Of a DNA stretch of 64,000 bases, positions 7,824-16,412 are shown piece after piece; position 1 is the first letter of the stretch, and the number at the start of each line of letters is the position of its first letter. A model generated the notes under the pieces. That model was given only the letters and a program-made list of their open reading frames with translations. It ran no database searches and had not been told where the DNA came from. The DNA comes from Verrucomicrobiales bacterium (GTDB lineage: Bacteria > Verrucomicrobiota > Verrucomicrobiia > Verrucomicrobiales > V1-33). A program made the position numbers and the translations under genes. The stretch lies in NCBI GenBank assembly GCA_038210825.1, contig JBBQWG010000042.1, positions 145 to 64,144 on the forward strand, given 5' to 3'.

Positions 7824-9575
7824 ATGTCCGTCGCCGCCCCTGCCTCCGCTCTTTCCGCCGTGACTCTCCCGCCGGCGCTTCCTCCGACGACACGTCGTTT
7901 CCGCCAGCCGAAGAAAAACATCCCCCAGACCAAACCCGAACGCGACGCCCTGCTCCGCTACATCCGCGAGTTTGTGGAACGCGAAAAACCGGTTCCGCCG
8001 ATCCCCGGGGATGAACTCCGGGTCCTTGCTGAGCGGATTGTCAAGGAAACCGGCATCGACCCGATCCACCTCGATTACACCGGGGTCCTCCTCTCCAATG
8101 AAATCTGGCGCGAATCCCTCGCTACCATTCCCTACGAACGCCGGCTTCTGCTGATGCCCAAGTGCCTGCGGGTGGAGAGCAAATGCCCCGCACCCTTCGA
8201 TGAATTCGGCCTGCTTTGCAAACAGTGTGGACTCTGCACCATCCAGGACTTCCAGAACGAGGCCGAACGGCTGGGTTATGCCGTGCTGGTGGCGGAAGGC
8301 TCGGCCATTGTGATGTCCCTCATTCAGACTGGCAAAATTGAGGCCATCGTCGGAATTTCCTGCCTCCCCGTGCTGGAACGCACCTTCCCTTACGTCGAAG
8401 CCGCTGCGATCCCGGCCATCGCGGTGCCCCTGCTCCAGGACGACTGCATCGACACCACGGTGGATATCGACTGGGTGTGGGATTACCTCCATCTCACCAG
8501 CGAAGACAAAACCCGCCGTCTCAACCTCAATGCCCTGCACGAGGAAGTCCGCACATGGTTTACCCCGGAATCCCTGACTCACCTCGCCGGAGCCCCGGAA
8601 GGCGAAGCCGAAACCATGGCGCGCCAGTCCCTTACCGGCCCCGGCAACCGCTGGCGGCCCTATCTGACCACTGCGGTCAGTCAGGCGCTCCGCTCCGACC
8701 CCGCCGCCCCCTTTACTCCTTCCATCCAAAAACTCGCCGTCGCGGTCGAATGCTTTCACAAAGCTTCCCTTGTCCATGATGACATTGAGGACGGAGATGC
8801 CACCCGCTATGGCGAGCCTACCCTGCACGCCACCCACGGCCTGCCTGCCGCCCTCAATGCAGGCGACCTCCTGATAGGCGAAGGCTACCGCCTCATCGCC
8901 GACTGCGGCCTCCCCGCCCACCAAATCGCCCCGCTCATCCGCATCGCCGCCAATGGCCAGCGCGACCTCTGCCGCGGCCAAGGGGCGGAACTCGCCTGGC
9001 AACAAAACCCCAGCCCGCTCACCAGTGGCCAGATCCTCGAAATCTTCCGCCTCAAAACCGCCCCCGCCTTCTCCGTGGCCCTCCTCCTCGGAGCCGCCCA
9101 CGCCGGTGCCCTCGACGAAAACGAAGCCGCCCTCGTGGCCTTCAGTGAAGCCCTGGGCATTGCCTATCAAATCAAAGACGATCTCGAGGATCATCTCGGT
9201 GACGCTCCTGCCGGGCAGTCGGACTCGTCGGACTCGTCGGACACGTCGGACCAGTCGGACACGTCGGACCAGTCGGACCTGTCAGCCCAGTCCGACAAAT
9301 CCTCCGCTCCCCACCGCCCTGCCGTCAATCTCATCGCCTGCTTGACCCAGGAACGTTTCGCCGGCGACCGGGACAAAGCCCTCAACCACGCCCAGGACCT
9401 CCTCGACCGCTATAAGGAGCAGGCCATCCGCTCCCTCCAGGATCTGGATAACCCGAATTTGAAAGGCCTCCTGCGCCGCATCATCGGGAAAATCTTCTCC
9501 CCCCTGGAAGTCGGCTCGTGGTGCTCTGAAGCGACGCAGCGTGTAAAAGTTTCACCAGCCGCTCCCTTGGTATAA
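7824..9575 (+). CDS. DUF116 domain / polyprenyl (isoprenyl) diphosphate synthase fusion protein
   Basis: The N-terminal ~250 aa carry the Cys cluster LLLMPKCLRVESKCPAPFDEFGLLCKQCGLCTI and GYAVLVAEGSAIV (DUF116-like). The C-terminal half has the first Asp-rich motif LVHDDIEDGD and the second IKDDLED of trans-prenyltransferases. Confidence 0.85.
   Translation: MSVAAPASALSAVTLPPALPPTTRRFRQPKKNIPQTKPERDALLRYIREFVEREKPVPPIPGDELRVLAERIVKETGIDPIHLDYTGVLLSNEIWRESLATIPYERRLLLMPKCLRVESKCPAPFDEFGLLCKQCGLCTIQDFQNEAERLGYAVLVAEGSAIVMSLIQTGKIEAIVGISCLPVLERTFPYVEAAAIPAIAVPLLQDDCIDTTVDIDWVWDYLHLTSEDKTRRLNLNALHEEVRTWFTPESLTHLAGAPEGEAETMARQSLTGPGNRWRPYLTTAVSQALRSDPAAPFTPSIQKLAVAVECFHKASLVHDDIEDGDATRYGEPTLHATHGLPAALNAGDLLIGEGYRLIADCGLPAHQIAPLIRIAANGQRDLCRGQGAELAWQQNPSPLTSGQILEIFRLKTAPAFSVALLLGAAHAGALDENEAALVAFSEALGIAYQIKDDLEDHLGDAPAGQSDSSDSSDTSDQSDTSDQSDLSAQSDKSSAPHRPAVNLIACLTQERFAGDRDKALNHAQDLLDRYKEQAIRSLQDLDNPNLKGLLRRIIGKIFSPLEVGSWCSEATQRVKVSPAAPLV
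9219..9296 (+). repeat. in-frame 9-bp tandem repeat (TCGGACNNG, ~8.7 units) encoding an SD-rich insert
   Basis: tcggactcg tcggactcg tcggacacg tcggaccag tcggacacg tcggaccag tcggacctg tcagcccag tccgac. It is codon-aligned with the 7824 frame and gives SDSSDSSDTSDQSDTSDQSDLSAQSD directly after the second DDxxD motif. Confidence 0.9.
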
Positions 9576-9597
9576 CGATAGCAAGCAGGAATCGTGT

Positions 9598-10044
9598 TCA
9601 CTTCCCCCGGCTTCTTCCGCGAATCCAACACACCAGGAGAATGGATACAAACACCAGGACCACCGCGTGCAATTGCCATGGGTTGGAATACCGGAATAAT
9701 CTTTGATGGAACCCCGCATTCAGGGCAACCAGCAAGCCCAGGAACAAGAAGCTTTTCACCCCTCCCTCTTCAAGATGGATGAAGCGGAACCAAACGTATG
9801 GGGCCACCAATAGCGTTAAGTAACTCAATCGGCCGAGGATTACATAAGTGACTCCTCCGAACCTCAGAATCTCCTCCATATCAATTCGATACCCAACAGC
9901 CCACTGCCCGGCTACCGACGTAGCCACGAGGAATCCCCAGAAAAAAAGCACCCGCTTCCAAACTGCGGAGATTGAACCCAGCCAGGCATCCGCGATTTCC
10001 AAACCGAATTTCATGGCTCTTCTGTCACTTCCTTGACCGTCCAC
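9598..10044 (-). CDS. hypothetical integral membrane protein
   Basis: 148-aa ORF with about 4 hydrophobic helices (FFWGFLVATSVAGQWAV, TYVILGRLSYLTLLVAPYVWF, FLFLGLLVALNAGF, LHAVVLVFVSILLVCWI) in a locally AT-richer stretch. An alternative start is at 10014 (MKFGLEIADAW). Confidence 0.5.
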   Translation of the reverse strand: MDGQGSDRRAMKFGLEIADAWLGSISAVWKRVLFFWGFLVATSVAGQWAVGYRIDMEEILRFGGVTYVILGRLSYLTLLVAPYVWFRFIHLEEGGVKSFLFLGLLVALNAGFHQRLFRYSNPWQLHAVVLVFVSILLVCWIRGRSRGK

Positions 10045-10089
10045 TTCAACTCGATTGTCTTTATGGCCAAGCCGCCAGAGGAATCTCAG

Positions 10090-10548
10090 ATGTCAATGGT
10101 GGCTAGGCTCAATTTCCGCTAAATCCGCTCCGGTGAACTTCCGCAGCTCCTCACCCTATACCGTCACCTCCATCCTGAAGATCCCCAGCTTTCGCTCACT
10201 CCGGATCTGGATACCCTCTGGCAGCAGATTGCCGGCAACCCGCACCTGTTCTACTTTGTTGCGGACATCGCAGGCCAACTGGTCTCCACCTGCACTCTGA
10301 CTGTCATCCCGAATCTCACCCGCGCCGCCCGGCCCTACGGTTTGATTGAGAATGTGGTCACCCGCCCTGATTTCCGCCAGCACGGCCACGCCACAGCCCT
10401 CCTCCGCCTCGCGCTGCAGACGGCATGGGAACAAAATTGCTATAAAGTCATGCTTCTCACCAGCCGTAAGGACGAAGCCACCCTGCGGTTCTACCAAAAA
10501 GCCGGGTGCGAAACCGGGAGCAAAACCGCCTTCACCGCCAAACCCTGA
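10090..10548 (+). pseudogene. GNAT family N-acetyltransferase interrupted by an in-frame TAA at codon 11
   Basis: One frame reads MSMVARLNFR*IRSGELPQLLTLYRHLHPEDP...FYFVADIAGQLVSTCTLTVIPNLTRAARPYGLIENVVTRPDFRQHGHATALL...CYKVMLLTSRKDEATLRFYQKAG. The stop is at 10120-10122. No ATG/GTG/TTG occurs in frame between it and 10342, so about 73 conserved codons lack a start. Confidence 0.6.
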
Positions 10549-10660
10549 CGTTGATGTGGTATCTTCATTACCGTCACCGATACCGAACCTGCGTTGCATC
10601 TCCGGTAAACTTATCGCATCCTTCCGGGTGTATGGAATTGTTGGAATAGACCTCGTGAAT

Positions 10661-11473
10661 ATGCCTGCTCCCCTTCCAATCCGGTTTCTACTGCTCTTCA
10701 TGGTTCATGCCGGGACTTCCAACACTCCGGCCCAATCGCCAGCTCCGCCAACCAAAGTCATCCACGCCTTCGTCGCGCTGTGCGACAATGCCTCGCAGGG
10801 CATCGCGCCGGTGCCGGCGAAGATCGGGAATGGGGACGATCCCGGCCACAACCTGTATTGGGGCTGCAACGATGGCCTGCCCTCCGTGTTCACCCGGAGC
10901 AAAGCCTGGCAGAAGCTTCCGGTGGCTTCGCTGGATCCGGATGGAGAAGGCCCTATCCTTGAGCGCCTTGTTTTCCGCCACCGGAGCACCGGGGCGCTGC
11001 TGGTGGGCGATGCCTATCGGGGACGCGAGATCAAAACCTGCATGACCCATTATTTTGCGGCCCTTGCCGGCCATCATCCGGTGACTGTGAAGGCAGGCGA
11101 TCTTGAATTCGAGGCGGGCGGGGCTGCTGGATTGGTTGCTTACCTTGGGCACAATGGCCTGATGGAATTCAAAGTGGAGGTCCCCGTGCCCACGCCGGCG
11201 GTGAAAGCGGAGCCGCGTGCCACCATCGCCCTGTGCTGCATCAGCCAAAGTTACTTCCGGCCGTATTTGGAGACCGCTGGAGCCAAGCCTCTGATCCTGA
11301 CAAGGCAACTGATGTATCCGGCGGCCCAACTGCTGCATGAAGGCACCGCCGGCTGGCTGGCCGGGGCCGATGCCGCGGCCTGCACCGCCAAGGCCGCCTC
11401 AGCCTACGCCACCAACCAGAAAATCAGCCGCAAAGCCGCCGCCGGAGTGCTGGCCTCCGGATTCGCTGAATGA
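10661..11473 (+). CDS. secreted hypothetical protein (270 aa)
   Basis: ATG 10661 within ORF 10346-11473 gives MPAPLPIRFLLLFMVHAGTSNTPAQS (signal-like). See the finding on a possible His/Cys dyad (LVAYLGHNG ... IALCCISQS). Confidence 0.65.
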   Translation: MPAPLPIRFLLLFMVHAGTSNTPAQSPAPPTKVIHAFVALCDNASQGIAPVPAKIGNGDDPGHNLYWGCNDGLPSVFTRSKAWQKLPVASLDPDGEGPILERLVFRHRSTGALLVGDAYRGREIKTCMTHYFAALAGHHPVTVKAGDLEFEAGGAAGLVAYLGHNGLMEFKVEVPVPTPAVKAEPRATIALCCISQSYFRPYLETAGAKPLILTRQLMYPAAQLLHEGTAGWLAGADAAACTAKAASAYATNQKISRKAAAGVLASGFAE

Positions 11474-11506
11474 TTCGCCAGCGGAATTTCGGGAATGCTG
11501 GGGATG

Positions 11507-11629
<123 letters not shown>

Positions 11630-11750
11630 TTCCCTCCCTCCCGAAAACCGTTTGCCCCGCCCGCTGGCCTGTGGGAGAAAACCGGTTCCACCCGGCGATT
11701 GGGTCCGATCCGGCCCTGCTGCCCCTCACGCCTCCTCACGCCTCCATTTC

Positions 11751-12734
11751 ATGTCCAAGCATTACCTCGTTACCGGCGGCTGCGGTTTCATCGGCAGCAA
11801 TTACATCCGTCAGCAACTGCGGGCCCAACCGGACCTCCGCATCACCAACTTTGATGCCCTGACTTACGCCGGCAATCCGGAGAATTTGCGCGACGTCGAA
11901 GCCTCTGCGGGCGACCGGTATGCCTTTATCCACGCCGATCTGGCGGATGCCCCCGCCGTCGCTGCAGCCTTTGCGGGCCGAAGCTACGATGCCGTGGTCA
12001 ACTTTGCCGCAGAATCCCATGTGGACCGCAGCATCGAAGGCCCGGAAGTCTTTGTGCGTGCCAACATCACCGGCACCTACAACCTGTTGGAGGCTGCCCG
12101 CAAAAATAACGTCAGGCGCTACCTCCAGGTCTCCACCGATGAGGTCTATGGTTCCCTTGGCGATACGGGTTACTTTACCGAGACTACCCCGCTGGCCCCC
12201 AGCAGTCCTTACTCCGCCAGCAAGGCTGCCGCCGATCTCCTCGTCCTGGCCAATCACCACACCTTTGGTCAGGAAGTTGTGGTCACCCGTTGCTCGAACA
12301 ACTACGGCAAATACCACTATCCGGAAAAACTCATCCCTCTGATGATCATCAAAGCCATGCACAACGAGCCGTTGCCCGTCTACGGCGATGGCCTGAACGT
12401 GCGCGACTGGATCCACGTGGAAGACCATGCGGCTGGCATCCAGCGTGTCCTCGAGCAGGGCCGCTCCGGGGAGGTCTACAACCTCGGAGCCAGCCAGGAG
12501 TGGAAAAATATCGACATCGTGAAGCTCATCCTCCGCGTCCTCGGCAAACCGGAGAGCCTCATTTCTTTTGTCAAGGACCGTCCTGGCCACGACCGCCGTT
12601 ACGCCATCGACTCTGCCAAAACCAAAACCGAACTCGGTTGGACGGCCCAGCGCCAATTTGATGAGGCTATCGCCGAAACCATCCGGTGGTATCAGGAAAA
12701 TGAAGCCTGGTGGCGACCTTTGATGAAGAAGTAG
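11751..12734 (+). CDS. rfbB: dTDP-glucose 4,6-dehydratase
   Basis: MSKHYLVTGGCGFIGSNYI (Rossmann GxxGxxG), YSASKAAADLL (YxxxK), and a typical length of 327 aa from ATG 11751. Confidence 0.95.
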   Translation: MSKHYLVTGGCGFIGSNYIRQQLRAQPDLRITNFDALTYAGNPENLRDVEASAGDRYAFIHADLADAPAVAAAFAGRSYDAVVNFAAESHVDRSIEGPEVFVRANITGTYNLLEAARKNNVRRYLQVSTDEVYGSLGDTGYFTETTPLAPSSPYSASKAAADLLVLANHHTFGQEVVVTRCSNNYGKYHYPEKLIPLMIIKAMHNEPLPVYGDGLNVRDWIHVEDHAAGIQRVLEQGRSGEVYNLGASQEWKNIDIVKLILRVLGKPESLISFVKDRPGHDRRYAIDSAKTKTELGWTAQRQFDEAIAETIRWYQENEAWWRPLMKK

Positions 12735-12762
12735 CCCCGGCGGCTCCGCTTTCCCACCTGCC

Positions 12763-13158
12763 ATGAACCAACCCCAGAACCTGCCGGAATTGCTCCAGGC
12801 CCGGCTTAAGCTGGGCCTCTTCAACTGGGGAAAACGCACCATCACGTGGACATTGGTGCTGGGGCTGCTCACCGCTATGGCCCCCGGCCTGAGGTTCCTT
12901 CTGATCGCATGGCTCCTGTTCTCCGCGCTTTCCCTCGTCGCCCTGCTGGTCGGACTCAAATTGGCCAATAACCTGAAAGTCAACACTTCAGTTTTTCCTC
13001 AGGGCATGAACGAACCCCGCGACGTCGGCGGCACCCGCCCGGAACCCGCTGAAGTCGAAGACAACACTCCGCACCGCCATGCCCACTCCGGGCGGAATGA
13101 GGTGGGCGATGAGATCATCGAAATCGAAGCGGAAGTTTTGCCGCCGGAGCGCCACTGA
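12763..13158 (+). CDS. hypothetical membrane protein (131 aa)
   Basis: Two adjacent hydrophobic helices (ITWTLVLGLLTAMAPGLRFLLIAWLLFSALSLVALLVGL) and an acidic C-terminal tail. Its TGA stop is the first 3 nt of REP-like copy 2. Confidence 0.55.
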   Translation: MNQPQNLPELLQARLKLGLFNWGKRTITWTLVLGLLTAMAPGLRFLLIAWLLFSALSLVALLVGLKLANNLKVNTSVFPQGMNEPRDVGGTRPEPAEVEDNTPHRHAHSGRNEVGDEIIEIEAEVLPPERH

Positions 13159-13210
13159 GGAGGGCGGACATTCTGTCCGCCCGGAATAGGTCAACAGGTG
13201 ACCCTCCTCA
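13156..13210. repeat. REP/MITE-like structured palindromic element, copy 2 (inverted relative to copy 1)
   Basis: TGAGGAGG-GCGGACATTCTGTCCGC-CCGGAATAG-GTCAACAGGTGAC-CCTCCTCA. Confidence 0.8.
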
Positions 13211-13277
13211 CTTCCGGCCCGTTTTCTGCGGTTTCCCCGGCTCCCGAACTCCTCCAGTTTCGTTTCCTCCCTGTTCC

Positions 13278-14666
13278 ATGAACCGCCGTTCCATCACAGG
13301 CTCCAGCCACACTCCGATCCTCGTTTTTTTGGGCATCGTGGGGCTCAGTGTGGTCTTTTTCTTCATATTTACCGGGCGCACTCCGATCACCAAACAAGGC
13401 CCCAGTGCGGCCTCCACAGCAGCAGCACCGGAATCCGGGGTGACGCCAGCCGGCACCGGAATAAAGCCAGCGGCCGCCGCCAAGCCGCCTGTCCCGAAAA
13501 AAGCCCCGCCGGTCCCGGTCGTTTATGCCAGACCTGATTCTCTTTTTTCGGCCATCGCAGCCGAACTGCGGGCGGGTGACCTGGAAAATGCCATGAAGCT
13601 GGGGGGCAAGGAATTTGCCATCCTGCCCGGCACCAACTTTTTAAAACTTCTCCTGACCAAAGCGGGTTACCGGGTTCCAGCGGAAGGCCCGGTGTTCACC
13701 GATGCCGGAGCCATGAGTCAGGTGGCCCGGTATGCCGTGGCGCTGGAACCTGCCGCACCGGGAACCCCGCTGCCGGCCGGGCCGGTCTGGGTCAATGCCG
13801 AACGCAACCGGACCACCGGTTCATGGCAACTCACCAGCGTGACGATTTCCCCCAAATTGCTGGCCCAGGGCATCGAGGAACTGCGCCGCAACGGCGTGAT
13901 TCTCGATCCCAAAAACCTGACTGTTCCAGCTGATCCCCTGATGCAGGCTCATGATTTCCTCGCGGCGGTGCTCAGCCGCGACTTCCGCGCGGCGCGTCTC
14001 CTCACGGACAAACAAAAGGTGGCCCAGGAAAAACTGGCCGGCCTCTGCATTGTGTTTGAGGAAGGGGACTATCAACTCGCCAAAGAACGTCCCATTGTGG
14101 TCACAGCGGCCTCGAAAGAGGCGGCCATCGCTCTGGTCAGGGTGCGCTCGGAAAAATTGCAGGCCGACGCCGAAATCGGAATCACCCTGCAACCCGCAGC
14201 GGACGGCAACTGGAGCATCCAGGCCCTCGACTTCAGCCGCCTGCTCGAATCCTATGTCCAACAGTCCGGCGCAGGAAAAGTCTTTTACAGCCCCATTGTC
14301 AAATCCCCCCAGGGCGGGGAAAGTCTGGTGGTCTATTTTGATTTCAACAGTGCCACTCTGGTGCCCCGCGCGGTTGCCCAGTTGAATATTGTGGCCGGAC
14401 TGCTGGCCACGGACAAAGCGAAGAAGCTCCGGATCTCCGGCCACGCCGATGACCTCGGACCGGACGATTTCAACTTCAAACTCTCTGCCGCCCGCGCCAA
14501 AGCCGTCCGCGGACATCTGCATCAACTCGGGGTCAATCCCGCCCAGATCGAGACTCTCGGCTTCGGAGCTACGGCTCCGCTGGATCCCAATAAACAAAGT
14601 GATGGCAGTGACAACCCCGAGGGCCGCTCCCGCAACCGCCGCACCGAAATCTACCTCGATTTTTAA
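13278..14666 (+). CDS. OmpA/MotB C-terminal domain protein with N-terminal membrane anchor
   Basis: N-terminal TM PILVFLGIVGLSVVFFFIF. The C-terminus reads VYFDFNSATL...ISGHADDLGPDDFNFKLSAARAKAV...GRSRNRRTEIYL (OmpA-like peptidoglycan-binding domain). Confidence 0.85.
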   Translation: MNRRSITGSSHTPILVFLGIVGLSVVFFFIFTGRTPITKQGPSAASTAAAPESGVTPAGTGIKPAAAAKPPVPKKAPPVPVVYARPDSLFSAIAAELRAGDLENAMKLGGKEFAILPGTNFLKLLLTKAGYRVPAEGPVFTDAGAMSQVARYAVALEPAAPGTPLPAGPVWVNAERNRTTGSWQLTSVTISPKLLAQGIEELRRNGVILDPKNLTVPADPLMQAHDFLAAVLSRDFRAARLLTDKQKVAQEKLAGLCIVFEEGDYQLAKERPIVVTAASKEAAIALVRVRSEKLQADAEIGITLQPAADGNWSIQALDFSRLLESYVQQSGAGKVFYSPIVKSPQGGESLVVYFDFNSATLVPRAVAQLNIVAGLLATDKAKKLRISGHADDLGPDDFNFKLSAARAKAVRGHLHQLGVNPAQIETLGFGATAPLDPNKQSDGSDNPEGRSRNRRTEIYLDF

Positions 14667-14670
14667 CGCC

Positions 14671-15207
14671 ATGCTGAACCGACTCCTGATCCTTCTCTCT
14701 GCCGTCTTCCTAACCGCCTGTTCCAGTGGCGACAAGGCCCCGACAACAGACTACCGTGCTCTCGAAACGCCCACGGGCGAAGCGGTGCTCCGGCACCTTC
14801 TGGCAAACTGCCCTCACCGCACCGAAGCCAAACAACTCACCATCGTGCTCGGCCCCCTCCAGGATGAAGCCTCCACGGAGTTTGAAAACAAATTCGCCGA
14901 CACCGGCCTGACCGTCACCCCTTCCCGCCGCCTCGTGGCGGGCGCGGTGAATGGCGAGGTCCGCATTTTCGACGGCACCACCAACCAGGCCCCGATCATC
15001 CTTCAACTCTCCTCCCTGACCCCGGAAGCCTCCAATCCGGCCAACTGGGAAGCCATCGCCGCGTGGGCCTTTAAAGACAAAGCCCAGCGCTTCAAACTCC
15101 GCGTCCTGACCAAACCGGACAGCCCCCCCGAAATCCGCCGGATCGAAGAGATTCCCATCGCTCCGCGCAATCAGGACGGCATGCCTGCACCTCAGGCAGG
15201 GAAATAG
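14671..15207 (+). CDS. lipoprotein, function unknown (178 aa)
   Basis: ATG 14671, 4 nt after the OmpA-like stop, gives MLNRLLILLSAVFLTAC|SSGD (lipobox LTAC). Confidence 0.7.
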   Translation: MLNRLLILLSAVFLTACSSGDKAPTTDYRALETPTGEAVLRHLLANCPHRTEAKQLTIVLGPLQDEASTEFENKFADTGLTVTPSRRLVAGAVNGEVRIFDGTTNQAPIILQLSSLTPEASNPANWEAIAAWAFKDKAQRFKLRVLTKPDSPPEIRRIEEIPIAPRNQDGMPAPQAGK

Positions 15208-15245
15208 TTATTTGTTATGGGCTGTTTGTTATTGGGGTCAGCAGG

Positions 15246-16412
15246 ATGAAAAAAACCAGCCGGGCAAAACCCACCAGGGGGAGCACAGGCGTCCCGCCTG
15301 TCCCGCCGGGTGTCCCACCCGGTGCCGGACCTCCGGCTCCCCAGAGCCCCCTCTTTTCAACGTTCAAGGTTCAAGGTTCAACGTTCGACGTTAACACTTC
15401 AAAAATCCTTCCCCCCGGAATTCCCTGGGCTGCCGCCTTCCGCTCCCAACTCCTTGCCTGGTTCCGCGCCGAAGGCCGCGACTACCCATGGCGGCAGACT
15501 ACGGATCCCTATGCCATCCTCGTTTCGGAAATGATGCTGCAGCAGACCCAGATTGCCACGGTGCTGGGCCGCGGTTACTATCAACGCTGGATGGATACTT
15601 TCCCGGATGTGGCCACCCTTGCCGCAGCGGCGGAGCCTGACATCCTGCGCGTCTGGGAAGGACTGGGATATTACAGCCGGGCCCGGAACCTGCAGAAGGC
15701 CGCCCGGGCCGTGGTGGATGATTATGGCGGTGAGTTTCCCCGCAGTGTGGAAGGGCTGTTATCCCTTCCTGGCATCGGGCGATACACCGCAGGGGCCGTG
15801 GCCTCGTTTGCGTGGAATCTGCCCGCTCCCCTTGTGGATGGAAATGTGGCCCGGGTATTTGCGCGGCTTTTTGCCTGCGATGATCCCATCGACCGTCCCC
15901 CCATGCCGCAGCAGCTCTGGGAGTGGGCCGCAGTCCTGCTTTGTGAGGATGATGCCCGACGCTACAACAGCGCCCTGATGGAGCTGGGCCAGCGGATCTG
16001 CAGTCCCCGGGCACCGGCCTGTCTGATCTGCCCGGTGCGGACCTGCTGCGCCTCCGCCGGTCCTGCGGCCGCCAGCCGGCCCCGGAAGTCCCCGGCCCGG
16101 GCCACCGTGGCCGTAGTGGAACATGCCCTCTTCGCGCGGCGGAATGGAAAGATCCTGCTGCACCAGGAATCCGGAAAACGCCGCCATGGCCTTTGGAAGC
16201 TCCCCGAGCGTCCGGCTGCTGAAACCACCCCGCTCCGGAAAGTCCTGACGAATTCCTACGCGATCACGCACCATCGGGTAACCCTGCATATCCATGATGC
16301 GCCGGACGCAGAGGCCGGTCCCGGAGAAACCTGGCATTCCCTGTCAAAATTGCCGTCCCTGCCCATGCCCGGCCCCTACCGGAAGGCGTTGAATCAGTTG
16401 CTGGGCAGTTGA
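15246..16412 (+). CDS. mutY: A/G-specific adenine glycosylase
   Basis: HhH-GPD region LLSLPGIGRYTAGAVASF, a four-Cys segment CSPRAPACLICPVRTCC in the position of the MutY Fe-S cluster loop, and a NUDIX-like C-terminus. The only in-frame start upstream of the conserved core is ATG 15246, so the N-terminal ~60 aa, including the heptamer array, are provisional. Confidence 0.88.
   Translation: MKKTSRAKPTRGSTGVPPVPPGVPPGAGPPAPQSPLFSTFKVQGSTFDVNTSKILPPGIPWAAAFRSQLLAWFRAEGRDYPWRQTTDPYAILVSEMMLQQTQIATVLGRGYYQRWMDTFPDVATLAAAAEPDILRVWEGLGYYSRARNLQKAARAVVDDYGGEFPRSVEGLLSLPGIGRYTAGAVASFAWNLPAPLVDGNVARVFARLFACDDPIDRPPMPQQLWEWAAVLLCEDDARRYNSALMELGQRICSPRAPACLICPVRTCCASAGPAAASRPRKSPARATVAVVEHALFARRNGKILLHQESGKRRHGLWKLPERPAAETTPLRKVLTNSYAITHHRVTLHIHDAPDAEAGPGETWHSLSKLPSLPMPGPYRKALNQLLGS
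15354..15395 (+). repeat. heptanucleotide array (TTCAACG family, 6 units) inside the mutY 5' region
   Basis: TTTTCAA CGTTCAA GGTTCAA GGTTCAA CGTTCGA CGTTAAC, translated in the mutY frame as FSTFKVQGSTFDVN. Confidence 0.9.

Noticed and set aside
7686-9194. 502-aa minus-strand ORF opposite the DUF116/prenyltransferase gene
   Set aside because: Antisense shadow ORF. Its Gly/Glu/Ala-rich translation has no motifs, while the plus-strand frame carries both DDxxD motifs.
11736-12986. 416-aa minus-strand ORF opposite rfbB
   Set aside because: Antisense to a gene with clear SDR motifs. It also spans the rfbB stop and the next gene, which a real gene would not do.
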